Of a DNA stretch of 64,000 nt, positions 1 through 9,933 are shown piece after piece (the first letter of the stretch is position 1; each line of letters starts with the position of its first letter). This DNA is from Bacilli bacterium. Lineage in GTDB: Bacteria; Bacillota_I; Bacilli_A; RFN20; CAG-826. The stretch is from positions 41 to 64,040 of the forward strand of contig JAILEX010000073.1 in the NCBI GenBank assembly GCA_024687185.1, written 5' to 3'. Made by a program: the position numbers and the translations under genes. The notes under the pieces are model-generated. The model was not told the origin of the DNA. It saw only the letters and a program-made list of their open reading frames with translations, and searched no databases.

Positions 1-374
1 ATTTGCCCAATAACATGATGCTTATTCCTTTGTGTTTTTGCAATAAACTGACAAAATCAATGAAGAATATTGAATTAGAGAAATCGAAAATAAATTTTCG
101 AATACTGGCTCGATATTCATTTTTCTTCGCCCCCGCGCTAGCGCATTTGACCCTTTTTGGGGCGAGGCATAACATCGAGGCAGTTTCGATATAGTAGCGA
201 GAAGGCAGTCCTTTGCGTTTTGCTTTCCGCACCTTGTCTTTATAGGGTGTTTCCCATCCATTCATAAGTTAAGGAAGGGTTACCCCAAAAGCCACATAAG
301 GGAAATCGTCGGAACAAGGATTTCTATAAGAAAGGAAAGGTTATGGGTCTATCCATAACGAAAAGGGAAAAGCT

Positions 375-2030
375 ATGAACCTAAAGAAAATCTTAGCGGC
401 TTCGATCATCTCCTTGTCCATGGCCGCGGGAGTCGGCGTTGGGGTTGTGGGAGCAAATAATGTTGAGGTAGATGAAGTCAACGCAACGGCGGATTATAGA
501 ATCAACATTCTAACAGCCAACTCTTATTGGTCGGCTGACAATGCGGTAACTCGCCTTAATTTCAGCGAACAGCAGTACGTATTTGCCACAACCGACTCCG
601 ATATAGGAACTACGGTGACTATAGGTGAGACTACCTACACCCTTTATACCTGTTTTGTCGACCAGACCAATCTTGGCAGTTACAATAACATAGAATTTAA
701 ACGTTATGGTTCGGACCAAACAACGGATAAAAATTGGACGATTTGGGGTGGTTACGTCTCAAGTGTTTCCGGGTCATGGAAGAACACCTTCGAGATTACC
801 ACTGCCGAGACCGCAAGCATCAATGAATGGGGCGACAAGTGGTGGAAGGTTACCACCCATACGGGCCGTACGGATAATTATTCTTCCGAAGAGGGAACAG
901 TATCGGGACATTTTATAGTGAATAACACCTCGTCCATTGACCACCCTGGTGACGTTCCTGATGGATATAGTTTTGCCGGATGGTATACAGATGCTGCACT
1001 CTCAAGCCCTTGGAATGAAACCGTTACAGGCGATTTGACTTTATATGCCAAATATGCTTCGACGGTCTATACGATTACAAAACAGATATATTACGATGGC
1101 GTCTATCAAAGCCAAACAACGGTAAATGTCGAAGAAGGAGCGGATCATGTCTTGTCTGCGCCCGATGCCGTTGAAGGCTATCATTTCGATGGGTGGTATA
1201 GCGATAATACGTTTACCTCTGCGGTGACCACGCTTGAAAACGTTTCAGCCAATATGACGGTTTGCGCCAACCTAAAGTCTAGAAGCAGCTATGAAGCAGA
1301 CTCCTATTTCTATTATATAGAAAACGTTGCCGAGGGGTATGAATCTGAAAACTATGTCTATACATATGGTGGGAATTCCGAGTTCGGCGCGTGGCATGGT
1401 GGTTTGATTTCCTCTGTTGGAACAGACGTTCATGGGTCCTTGGGCTTTAGGGGATGGGCTGATTCAGGATACATCAGAAAGATTTACAAAATACCCTTCA
1501 ATTCCGTTTTCGCCGACACGACATTGATCATCAATTCTAGCGGAGAACAAGCGGCCGACGCGGTTTTGACTAGCGGCGCAGCCTATACTTGGGATGGCGG
1601 CAAAGATGCCGATGCCGGCGCGGCGATTGACTTCTTGATTTCCGCAGAAGCCAAACGAAATGCCGTAACCGAAAGCAGTAGAATACTCAATTATTCTATT
1701 TGTGGTATTTCCAAATCCGATGCAGCTACACTCTATAGTGCCTACTCGGGATTAAGCAAAACCGCAAAAGGCTATGTCGACGCTTCCTATACTTATACCT
1801 ATTTGGGTGCATACGACGGGAAAAACGTTCCTTCGCAAGGCGGAGTCCTATATTCGGTTATCATGGCGAAGCTCTATGAGATCGCCAATGCCGAAGAAGG
1901 CGCGAAATTAACCGTTGCCACCTATTTCAACTCCACTAGCGCAGCCCTTATCGCCTTTATCGCCGGAGCCGTTATGGTCACTTCCGTCGGCGCATTCTTC
2001 CTCCTCCGCAGGAAAAAGGAAGATAGGTAA
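375..2030 (+). CDS. Secreted/surface protein with Listeria-Bacteroides (InlB B-type / Flg_new) repeats and a C-terminal membrane anchor
   Basis: 551-aa ORF. N-terminal signal-like helix (ILAASIISLSMAAGVGVGVV). Two repeat signatures: GYSFAGWYTDAALSSPW...LTLYAKY and GYHFDGWYSDNTFTSAV. C-terminal hydrophobic helix followed by RRKKEDR. Purine-rich RBS-like AAAGGGAAAAG lies upstream of the ATG. Confidence 0.7.
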   Translation: MNLKKILAASIISLSMAAGVGVGVVGANNVEVDEVNATADYRINILTANSYWSADNAVTRLNFSEQQYVFATTDSDIGTTVTIGETTYTLYTCFVDQTNLGSYNNIEFKRYGSDQTTDKNWTIWGGYVSSVSGSWKNTFEITTAETASINEWGDKWWKVTTHTGRTDNYSSEEGTVSGHFIVNNTSSIDHPGDVPDGYSFAGWYTDAALSSPWNETVTGDLTLYAKYASTVYTITKQIYYDGVYQSQTTVNVEEGADHVLSAPDAVEGYHFDGWYSDNTFTSAVTTLENVSANMTVCANLKSRSSYEADSYFYYIENVAEGYESENYVYTYGGNSEFGAWHGGLISSVGTDVHGSLGFRGWADSGYIRKIYKIPFNSVFADTTLIINSSGEQAADAVLTSGAAYTWDGGKDADAGAAIDFLISAEAKRNAVTESSRILNYSICGISKSDAATLYSAYSGLSKTAKGYVDASYTYTYLGAYDGKNVPSQGGVLYSVIMAKLYEIANAEEGAKLTVATYFNSTSAALIAFIAGAVMVTSVGAFFLLRRKKEDR

Positions 2031-2068
2031 TCGTTTTTCCTATGTTTTGTTGCCTGCCATAGGCATGG

Positions 2069-2103
2069 GGACCTCGCCATACAAAGCGGGGTCCTTTGTT
2101 TTA
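2069..2103 (+). terminator. Rho-independent terminator after the repeat protein
   Basis: 9-bp stem GGACCUCGC/GCGGGGUCC (one G-U pair), 8-nt loop, then TTTGTTTT. Confidence 0.6.
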
Positions 2104-2182
2104 GTAAAGAAAGTGGAATCAAGGGGATTAATTGTATACAATTACAGCGCTATTTTAAGCATTTCGACAAAAGGCATTCCGT

Positions 2183-5100
2183 ATGAAAAAAGCGTTGACC
2201 TATCTCTCTCTTGCCTCGTTTGGGCTTTTTCTTTCCCTTTCATCCATCTCCCCAAGGACGAATCCGGTTTTGGCGGAAGAAAAGGAGGAAGAGGTCAGCT
2301 TTGGTGGGGCCAAAGCCATTCCCTTCGAGGATAGATATAGCAGTAGCGATATCCCCGCGGAGCCAAAATATAGCCAAGCCTATCCCCTTAATTTCGAAGC
2401 GTTAAACGTCGGGGACAAATGGAACAACTACCGCGGCGAGAAGGATAACGGCGATCCTATTACCGTCGCAATCATCGATAGCGGCATCGATATCTATCAC
2501 GAAGACTTCCTGACCGCGGATGCCATAGGGAAGGAAGTCAATGCCGATAACATTGAGCAATATTCGATCCTAGACCCAAAAAGCTGCTATATCCACGATA
2601 CCGGGGATGGCGAATACACAAGCCAAGTCAAAACCGACGTCGGCATCAAATACGCCTACGAAAAAGATAGCGAGACCTATGATGGCGACTATGAGACCTA
2701 TTATTCCCATGGCACCGCCTGCTCATCTTGCGTTGCCGCCGCTATAAACGGGGTCGGTGGATTCGGCGTGGCCCCGAAAGCGAACATCCTCTTCATCAAG
2801 ATGGATTTCTATTTCACTTCCCTCGACGTCGCGATCCGCTACGCCGCCAATAATGGCGCAGACGTCATCTCGATGAGCCTAGGCGCCTATAACGAAACCT
2901 TCAAAGACGGATATGGGGATACCCAATCGGGTTCCTCGGGGACCAATACCTATTTGGAAAGCGCGATCGCCTACGCCCACAACAAGGATTGCGTGGTCGT
3001 CGCCGCAGCGGGGAACGAGAAGACCGACCACCATAGCTACCCTGCCTGCAATAGCGGGGTAATCGGGGTCGGTGCCTTGTCTAGAAAAGGCCGTACCTCC
3101 GCGGCCGATTTCTCCAATTTCAATATCAATGGCAGCGATAACGAAGGCGATGACGTCAATGTCGACGTGATGGCCCCGGGATACGTCTATACCGCCAACG
3201 TAAACGAAAGCGCCCCCGCCAAAACCAGTGGCGACCTAACCGATAATTACTATTACGAAACCCAGGGCACAAGCTTTGCCTGCCCTCTTACGGCTGGAGT
3301 CGTCGCCCTTGCTAGGGCTGCCTATCCCGAACTCAGCCATAGCGAAATCGAACGTAGGCTATTCGATTCCTGTTACGACATGGGAAGTAGCGGTTGGGAC
3401 TATAAATATGGATATGGCAGGGTCGACGTCGATAAGCTTCTTACCGATACTCCGCTCCAAAGCATCGCGCTTTCCCCGACGGAAACCACGATCGCAGTCG
3501 GCGAAACCCTTGACCTAAACGTCGAATATACCCCAGAGGACGCCTCCAATAAACTCGTCAACTTCCTCTCCGACAACGAAAGCGTGGCCACCGTCGATAT
3601 CGATAGCGGCAAAATCACCGGCGTGGCGGTAGGGGATGCCACAATCGAGGTGATCCCAGACGAAAACGGGGTCGATTCCGCCTCGATGGTAGTCCATGTC
3701 GAGGAAGGGAACCCCTTTACCCGCGTAAGTAGCGTAAGCGACCTTACTTCTGGAAGCGTGGTCACCTTCGTAAACGAGACCTCTAACAAAGTAATCGGCC
3801 AATATAGCGCCTCCTATTTCCCCGCGGTCGATGCGACTATCTCCAATGCGACGATGGCTTCTTTGCCTAGCGGGGCGGAGAAATTCGTCGTCAGAAAGGA
3901 TGGAAATAACTATACCTTCACCTTGACCAACGGTACCAAGCTCGGCCATAGCGGCAATAACGTTGCCTTCGATTCTAACTCTTCCTGGGCTTTGTCCATA
4001 AAAGACAACAACGTCACCATGACTAGTGGCAGCACCTATTTCTCCTATAATAGCGGTTCGCCAAGATGGAAGACGTACGCGGCTGAGCAAGGCAATTTCC
4101 AAATCTACAAAAGGGGTGGTGAGGTCATTCCCACACCCGTCGTCCATACCCTTTCCCCGATTAGCGGGGATAGTAGCGTCGAGGTGGATTCCAAGATCAC
4201 CCTGTCCACGAGTTGCGACCAATCCGACACCATTTCCTGGAGCTTTAGCGGTACTGGAACAATTGGCTTCAATTCTGGCAAAACCTCAACCGCTACCGGA
4301 AATAGCGTGGACGTGTATGGATTAACCGCCGGTAGCGTCACCGTTACGGCGACTTGCGCAGGCGAATCTAGCGTAAGCAAAACCATCACCGTGAACGAAA
4401 AGGAAGAAGATCCCCCCACCCCCGTAACCGAGGATTGCTTCTCGAAAATCACTAGCCAAAGCCAAATCGAGACCGGCGATTATCTAATCGTCTATGAAAG
4501 TGGTTTAGTTGCCTTCAATGGCGCCCTATCGACCCTAGATGGAGCCAACAACACGGTGAACGTGGCCATTAACGATAACAAAATCACCCATAGCGAGGCT
4601 TTGGAAGGGTCCACCTTCCATTATGATTCCTCCTCCAATTCGTTAAAAAGCAAATCCGGATATTATATTGGCAGAACCGCCGATTCTAACGGCATGGATA
4701 CTTCCACTAGCGAAGTCTATACCAACACCCTTACCTATAGCGGAGGGGACGTAACCATCGCTTCTAGCGGTGGACGCAGTTTGAAATTCAACGACGCCAA
4801 TGACCAAAATAGGTTCCGTTATTATGGCAATAACGCCACGGTAAAGGCGGTCCAGCTATATAAACTCTGCCTCACCGATAGGCCAGAGAAGGTATTGGAT
4901 AGCATCTCCGTTTCCTATACTGGCGGCGATCTTTATGTCGGCGATACCCTAGATACCTCCAAGATCACCGTCACCGCGCATTATAGCGACGAATATTATG
5001 CCGATGCCGTTATCGCTATCGGAAACTGCGTCATCACTGGTTTTTCTAGCGAAGCGGTAGGAGAAGTCACCGTCACAATCTCCTATACCGAAGGAAGCGT

Positions 5101-6172
5101 CGGCAAAAGCGCGACCTTCTCCCTTAACATAAAGGAAGATGCGCTGAATAGCATCTCCGCCACCTGCAACAAAACCTATGAACCGGGGGAAAGCATCGAT
5201 AAGTCCTCGATTAGCGTCATAGGCCACTACGCATCGGGAAATAAGGCTGTCACTAGTTTTGATATCTCCCCCGAAACCTATACGTTTAGCTATGCTGATG
5301 CCCCTAGCGGAGGAAGTAGTGCGGCAAAGGAATTCACCATCACCTATGCGGAAAAGGAATGCAAGGTAAACGTAGGTGTCGCTAGAAAGGCCTATGCGAT
5401 CCCTTCCCAACCCTCGAGCCTAGAGTTGACCGGCGATACCTTCGAAAACAAAATAGGCACGAGCACCTCGACCGCGACAACCGGGGAAGTGACGATAAGC
5501 GGCATCACCTATGAACTCGATTCCGCCTATACCTTCAGCAAAAACGGCAAGGCCTGCATCTCCTTTGGCAAATCTAGTCCTGGGTTTATCAAAAACAAAA
5601 CCGCTTTGCCCCACTTTATCTCCTCGATCGCGGTCATAGACGAAAATAGCATCACGCCCACCTTGGAAATAAGCCAAGATGGCGAGAACTACATCGCCTA
5701 TAACGGCGGTGAAATCGATGGCAATTACCGTTATTTCTACCTCCATTATTCCGTAAGCGAACTATCCAACTATTCTAACGTCTCTAGCATCACCATTGCC
5801 TATAAAGGCGATGAGACGTTAGAAAACGTGGTCAATTACATCAATTACGAGGATACGGCGAATCAATGTCTAACCAAACTAGACGAAGCCATCGAAAAGC
5901 TTAACGCCTGCTCTAGTAGCGACATATCCTCTTTCTTCTCTAGCGAAGACTATAAGGTGAGATTCGCAAGGACCAGACTTAACGCCTGGGCCGCTTATTC
6001 CAATAGGTCGCTTTCTATTAGCGCAGGAAAGGTAGTCGTCTCCGCAAAAGGGGAAAGGACCATTAGCTTTGACATCAAGCAAGAGGCGATCAACCCCGCA
6101 GTCTTCTTGCTACTAGGCTTGCCCTTATTAGGGGTAGGGGCCATCTTGATTGGCAAGAAAAAGAAGTCCTAA
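2183..6172 (+). CDS. Subtilisin-like (S8) serine protease, large surface form with Big_2 Ig-like domains and a C-terminal TM anchor
   Basis: 1329-aa ORF with a signal peptide. Catalytic triad contexts: AIIDSGID (Asp), HGTACSS (His), GTSFACPLTAGVVAL (Ser). Big_2-like segments (LSPTETTIAVGETLDLNVEYTPEDASN...). C-terminal hydrophobic helix followed by GKKKKS. Confidence 0.85.
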   Translation: MKKALTYLSLASFGLFLSLSSISPRTNPVLAEEKEEEVSFGGAKAIPFEDRYSSSDIPAEPKYSQAYPLNFEALNVGDKWNNYRGEKDNGDPITVAIIDSGIDIYHEDFLTADAIGKEVNADNIEQYSILDPKSCYIHDTGDGEYTSQVKTDVGIKYAYEKDSETYDGDYETYYSHGTACSSCVAAAINGVGGFGVAPKANILFIKMDFYFTSLDVAIRYAANNGADVISMSLGAYNETFKDGYGDTQSGSSGTNTYLESAIAYAHNKDCVVVAAAGNEKTDHHSYPACNSGVIGVGALSRKGRTSAADFSNFNINGSDNEGDDVNVDVMAPGYVYTANVNESAPAKTSGDLTDNYYYETQGTSFACPLTAGVVALARAAYPELSHSEIERRLFDSCYDMGSSGWDYKYGYGRVDVDKLLTDTPLQSIALSPTETTIAVGETLDLNVEYTPEDASNKLVNFLSDNESVATVDIDSGKITGVAVGDATIEVIPDENGVDSASMVVHVEEGNPFTRVSSVSDLTSGSVVTFVNETSNKVIGQYSASYFPAVDATISNATMASLPSGAEKFVVRKDGNNYTFTLTNGTKLGHSGNNVAFDSNSSWALSIKDNNVTMTSGSTYFSYNSGSPRWKTYAAEQGNFQIYKRGGEVIPTPVVHTLSPISGDSSVEVDSKITLSTSCDQSDTISWSFSGTGTIGFNSGKTSTATGNSVDVYGLTAGSVTVTATCAGESSVSKTITVNEKEEDPPTPVTEDCFSKITSQSQIETGDYLIVYESGLVAFNGALSTLDGANNTVNVAINDNKITHSEALEGSTFHYDSSSNSLKSKSGYYIGRTADSNGMDTSTSEVYTNTLTYSGGDVTIASSGGRSLKFNDANDQNRFRYYGNNATVKAVQLYKLCLTDRPEKVLDSISVSYTGGDLYVGDTLDTSKITVTAHYSDEYYADAVIAIGNCVITGFSSEAVGEVTVTISYTEGSVGKSATFSLNIKEDALNSISATCNKTYEPGESIDKSSISVIGHYASGNKAVTSFDISPETYTFSYADAPSGGSSAAKEFTITYAEKECKVNVGVARKAYAIPSQPSSLELTGDTFENKIGTSTSTATTGEVTISGITYELDSAYTFSKNGKACISFGKSSPGFIKNKTALPHFISSIAVIDENSITPTLEISQDGENYIAYNGGEIDGNYRYFYLHYSVSELSNYSNVSSITIAYKGDETLENVVNYINYEDTANQCLTKLDEAIEKLNACSSSDISSFFSSEDYKVRFARTRLNAWAAYSNRSLSISAGKVVVSAKGERTISFDIKQEAINPAVFLLLGLPLLGVGAILIGKKKKS

Positions 6173-6186
6173 ACAAAACTATAGAT

Positions 6187-6219
6187 AAGGCTCCATCCTT
6201 GAACAGGCGGAGCCTTTTT
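6187..6219. terminator. Bidirectional terminator between convergent genes
   Basis: 8-bp stem AAGGCTCC/GGAGCCTT, with a T-run on the + strand and a T-rich tract on the - strand. It sits between the S8 protease stop and the U32 peptidase stop. Confidence 0.6.
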
Positions 6220-8291
6220 CAGACGATTTTGGTGGGGATTAGCCCTTTGGGAACTTCCCTAATAACCTTTTTCCCTTCTAAGAACATATAGCAGTTACGG
6301 AAATTGAGGGTATAGGTTCTGTCGTTGTCTTTTACTTCATAATGGTGCTTCGCGCATTTGCCGCATCCCTTGTTCTCCGCCCCATAGTATTTCCCAACGG
6401 GGCAATGCTTCGCGACCATCAAAGGTTCGTCGTATTCCTCCAAATAGCCTAGATTGGAATCTAGTTCCCCTAGCTTTAGGGAATTCTCGAAAGTGGATTC
6501 ATAGGAGAGGATAAGGGTATCGTAGGTGAGGTTACGGAAGAACTTGATGGCCTCGCTATTGGCGATGCCGAAATAGGGGGAGACGATCGATTCCTTCCCT
6601 ATTTCCCCTAGATGCAAGGCAAAGGGGGCCTTTTTTAATCTTCCATAATCGATTAGTCCGCCATAGACGTCTTTTTTAGGTAGCACTAGGCTTTCTCGCT
6701 CATTGGAATGGATGAACAAGGAGGGGTCATCGTTAAAGGGATAGGGGGAATAGACCCTCCAGACGTTTGTCTCTAGCCTTTCCTTTACTTCCTCAAGAAG
6801 AGACGAGCGCATCTTATTGATCGTGGCGATTGGGATATATAGTCCCTCCTCGTTTCTTATCTTGGTCTTCTTATAGAGGAAGGGCAGGCCATTGTTTTTG
6901 GAGAACTGGGCCAAGACGGCGTCGTCTTTGACGGTCTTCGCCTTCTCCAAAACCTCATTGAATTCCCTTCTTACCTTTATCTCCCCGACGTCGATTTCGA
7001 CTACCTGTCTCGCCTCTTTTAGCTCAACGTATAGGCTTCCCGTTTGGAAGAAGGGGTATTCGTATACCTTAAGTTCCTTGGCGATTTTACTAGAGGAAGT
7101 CTTATAGACCTTCGTCCCGGGAAGGACTTTTTCCTCCACGTCTATATAGACTATTCCACGACTGGATTTGACCATGTTCCCGTTTTCTATGATGCGGGTC
7201 ACGCTATAGCCATATTCCTTGCCGTTATTCACAAAGCGGATGCCATCGAGAAGGGAAAGCTCCTCGACGAGTTTCACCTTGACCTGTTTATTCCTATATT
7301 CGACGACTTTGCCGATATAGACGCCTTGGTGTTTGACCGTGGTATTGGTGGTGATGTCCCTATTGTCCTCTTTGAAGATATAGCCCTTTGTCTTTTCCCT
7401 AGAATAGGAGGCATATAGGTCAAGGAGCATCTCCTTTGGGACCCCTTCCTTTTTGCCCGCGTTAAAATCATCGATCAATTTGCGGTATACCTTGGTGACG
7501 GATGCGACGTATTCTAGCGATTTCGCCCTTCCCTCTATCTTTAGGGAAGTGACTCCCAAAGAGAGGAGTTCATGGATATGGTCGATGGTATTTAGGTCCT
7601 TCATCGAGAATAACGCTCCCTTGGTAAGGGGTAAGCCATCTTCTAGAAGGGAGTATTCCTGGCGGCATGGCTGGGCGCAGGAACCGCGGTTCCCGCTTCT
7701 TCCGCCTTTATAGTAGGAGAGGTAGCACATCCCAGAGAAGCAAAAGCAAAGCGCCCCATGGATGAAGATCTCCAAATCGACGCCTTCCTTTTTTAATTCC
7801 CTTATGTCTTCTAACGGAAGTTCCCTGGCCAAAACGACGCGGTTGACCCCGATCGATTTGAGGAAGCGGATATCGTCTAGGTTATGGACGCTGCATTGGG
7901 TCGAGATATGGAGCGGGAAATCAGGATAATGGGAACGAAGATAATGGACGACGCCAAAGTCCTGGACGATTAGGGCGTCCACATGGCGATAGAGGAAATC
8001 GATATAGGGTTTCACGTCCTCGAATTCGTCTTCGTAGATGAGCGTATTCAAGGTGATGTATATCTTTTTGCCATGGAGGTGGCAGAACCTTGCGGCCTCG
8101 ACGATCTCCTCGTCAGTAAGGTTATTGATGAAACTCCTCGCCCCAAAGCGTTTGCCGGCGCAATAAACCGCATCGGCACCATACCTTATGGCGACTTTGA
8201 CGGCTTCTAGGTTTCCGGCGGGGGCGAGCAGTTCGTTGATCATATCGGGTCCAATTATAGTTCCACTTCCTTCCTTTATCCATCTTGGCAA
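6219..8291 (-). CDS. Peptidase U32 family (collagenase-like) protein
   Basis: 690-aa ORF. N-terminus ELLAPAGNLEAVKVAIRYGADAVYCAGKRFGARS. U32 signature EIFIHGALCFCFSGMCYLS. Confidence 0.85.
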   Translation of the reverse strand: MPRWIKEGSGTIIGPDMINELLAPAGNLEAVKVAIRYGADAVYCAGKRFGARSFINNLTDEEIVEAARFCHLHGKKIYITLNTLIYEDEFEDVKPYIDFLYRHVDALIVQDFGVVHYLRSHYPDFPLHISTQCSVHNLDDIRFLKSIGVNRVVLARELPLEDIRELKKEGVDLEIFIHGALCFCFSGMCYLSYYKGGRSGNRGSCAQPCRQEYSLLEDGLPLTKGALFSMKDLNTIDHIHELLSLGVTSLKIEGRAKSLEYVASVTKVYRKLIDDFNAGKKEGVPKEMLLDLYASYSREKTKGYIFKEDNRDITTNTTVKHQGVYIGKVVEYRNKQVKVKLVEELSLLDGIRFVNNGKEYGYSVTRIIENGNMVKSSRGIVYIDVEEKVLPGTKVYKTSSSKIAKELKVYEYPFFQTGSLYVELKEARQVVEIDVGEIKVRREFNEVLEKAKTVKDDAVLAQFSKNNGLPFLYKKTKIRNEEGLYIPIATINKMRSSLLEEVKERLETNVWRVYSPYPFNDDPSLFIHSNERESLVLPKKDVYGGLIDYGRLKKAPFALHLGEIGKESIVSPYFGIANSEAIKFFRNLTYDTLILSYESTFENSLKLGELDSNLGYLEEYDEPLMVAKHCPVGKYYGAENKGCGKCAKHHYEVKDNDRTYTLNFRNCYMFLEGKKVIREVPKGLIPTKIV

Positions 8292-8321
8292 GGGGAAGGG
8301 ATAGGGAAGACAAAAACCTTT

Positions 8322-9707
8322 TTATTCGGGTTTGGCTTCCTTTTCTAGGTAGGCGATGGAGGTATCTAGGGTAATCAGAAGCCTATCCCTATTTTCCTTA
8401 TAGGGTTTTAGGTCGAGTTTACCATAGGCGAAGGACTTCCAGATTTCCTTCATGTATTTTCCTATCGGGATTAGGTTGGGGTCGTCTTTGCTTCCCAAGG
8501 AGAAGGAGATATCGAACAAGGGGGCGATGTCCGCGCCATGGTAGCACCTACATCCTTTTTGCCTCACTTCCAGGGTGGTGTAGTCATAGTAATACATATA
8601 GGCGTCGCCTTTATAGTTATAGGCGATATCCTCGCTAGGAAGGAGGAAGACGTGGTCGGTTAATGCGTCGCTAGACCTCATCCAGAACCTGTCTTTTCCC
8701 TTTTTCGCCTTGACTGGGGTAACTAGGTTCATTAAGACGATCAAAAACTTGCTAAGGTCTTTCAAGAACAAGTCCCCTTCATGGCTTATCGTGCCGATAA
8801 GAAGTGGATGGGTCCGCTCCTTTTTGATTTTAAGGCTAGGAAGCTCCTTAAGGAATTCCCCGTCGATCGTCGGGGAGAAGGGAGGTTCTATATGGCCTTT
8901 CATCATGAAGGAATCCGCGACTTTGTTCATGACGCTTCTTAGTTTCCCTACCGATAGGGAAGCAATCTCATCGACGTCTTTTACCTTTAGGGCCTTGATA
9001 TACATCTTGGCGATTTTCTCGGCGAGTTTCCTATCGAAGAAATGGTCGACGCAGGGGCTTTGGGAGATCGCCTTATGGAATAGGGGCGAGGTTAGGTCGC
9101 TAGATAGGCATGCCAAGGTCAACGCGCCTCCCGCGGATTCCCCGAATACGGTGATGTTGTCTTTGTCCCCGCCGAAATTCTCGATGTTATCCTTGACGAA
9201 CTCCAAGCCCATCTTCAGATCATAAAGCCCGTTATTGGCGTCGAACCTATCGGAAAAGGCGTGGAGATAGAGGAACCCGAACACGTTTAGCCTATAGGAG
9301 AGGGCGACGACCACGGTTTTGGTGGCCTCACAAAAGGAAGAGAGGTCGTAGTTTAGTTCCTCTTTCCCTTCATGCGCCCTGCCGTTCCCCCCTTGCTCAT
9401 AGGCGCCGCCATGGATCCAAACCATGACGGGGACCTTCCTTTCTAAATTATGGGGGACATAGACGTTTAGATAGAGGCAATCCTCGCTGCAGCATTCCCT
9501 ATATTCATATCCGCCCGGGCGTTGGATGGGGTTGTTCTTCGCTTGCCTGCATTCCTTTGCCTCATCCCAAGGATCTGGTTTCACCGGATGTCGGAAACGG
9601 AGTTCGCCTAGGGGAGGCTTGGCGTAGGGGATACCAAGGTATTGGGCGCATCTAGGGGTGTCCTTGCCCAAGACGTAGCCATATTCGGTTTTGACTTTTA
9701 ATTCCAT
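8322..9707 (-). CDS. Carboxylesterase type B (para-nitrobenzyl esterase-like)
   Basis: 461 aa. Motifs EDCLYLNVYVP, VMVWIHGGAYEQG (oxyanion hole) and the nucleophile elbow FGESAGG. Confidence 0.85.
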   Translation of the reverse strand: MELKVKTEYGYVLGKDTPRCAQYLGIPYAKPPLGELRFRHPVKPDPWDEAKECRQAKNNPIQRPGGYEYRECCSEDCLYLNVYVPHNLERKVPVMVWIHGGAYEQGGNGRAHEGKEELNYDLSSFCEATKTVVVALSYRLNVFGFLYLHAFSDRFDANNGLYDLKMGLEFVKDNIENFGGDKDNITVFGESAGGALTLACLSSDLTSPLFHKAISQSPCVDHFFDRKLAEKIAKMYIKALKVKDVDEIASLSVGKLRSVMNKVADSFMMKGHIEPPFSPTIDGEFLKELPSLKIKKERTHPLLIGTISHEGDLFLKDLSKFLIVLMNLVTPVKAKKGKDRFWMRSSDALTDHVFLLPSEDIAYNYKGDAYMYYYDYTTLEVRQKGCRCYHGADIAPLFDISFSLGSKDDPNLIPIGKYMKEIWKSFAYGKLDLKPYKENRDRLLITLDTSIAYLEKEAKPE

Positions 9708-9933
9708 TATGTTTGCCTTCGAGGCAATTATACCCCCTAAACGAAGTGGCCAAAACCATAAGGGGGCCTATATTTTGGCCTAGGGGCGATTTCCTTTCGG
9801 CATAGGCATTAACCTACCTCCGAACCGATTTCGCGCTTAAAAGGGCAAAAGGCGAGAAAAATAAGCGCATACGTGTGGCAATTATTCGTTTGCTTGCTAT
9901 CATTAGCCTTGTGTAAACAAGGAGGACTCCCTT

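Noticed and set aside
1-374. ORFs 3-194 (+) and 22-261 (-) at the window edge, and a possible tRNA or other RNA gene
   Set aside because: The translations have no coding-like features or RBS. No tRNA T-arm or anticodon-stem pattern was found. I treat the region as untranslated upstream sequence.
1915-2334. 139-aa ORF bridging the end of the first gene, the terminator and the start of the protease gene
   Set aside because: It runs through a terminator hairpin and overlaps two better-supported genes in other frames.
3400-5746. Series of 100-235-aa ORFs on the - strand (and off-frame + ORFs) inside the S8 protease gene
   Set aside because: They all overlap a 1329-aa gene with a clear catalytic triad, and they have no RBS or recognisable domains. 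They are shadow ORFs.
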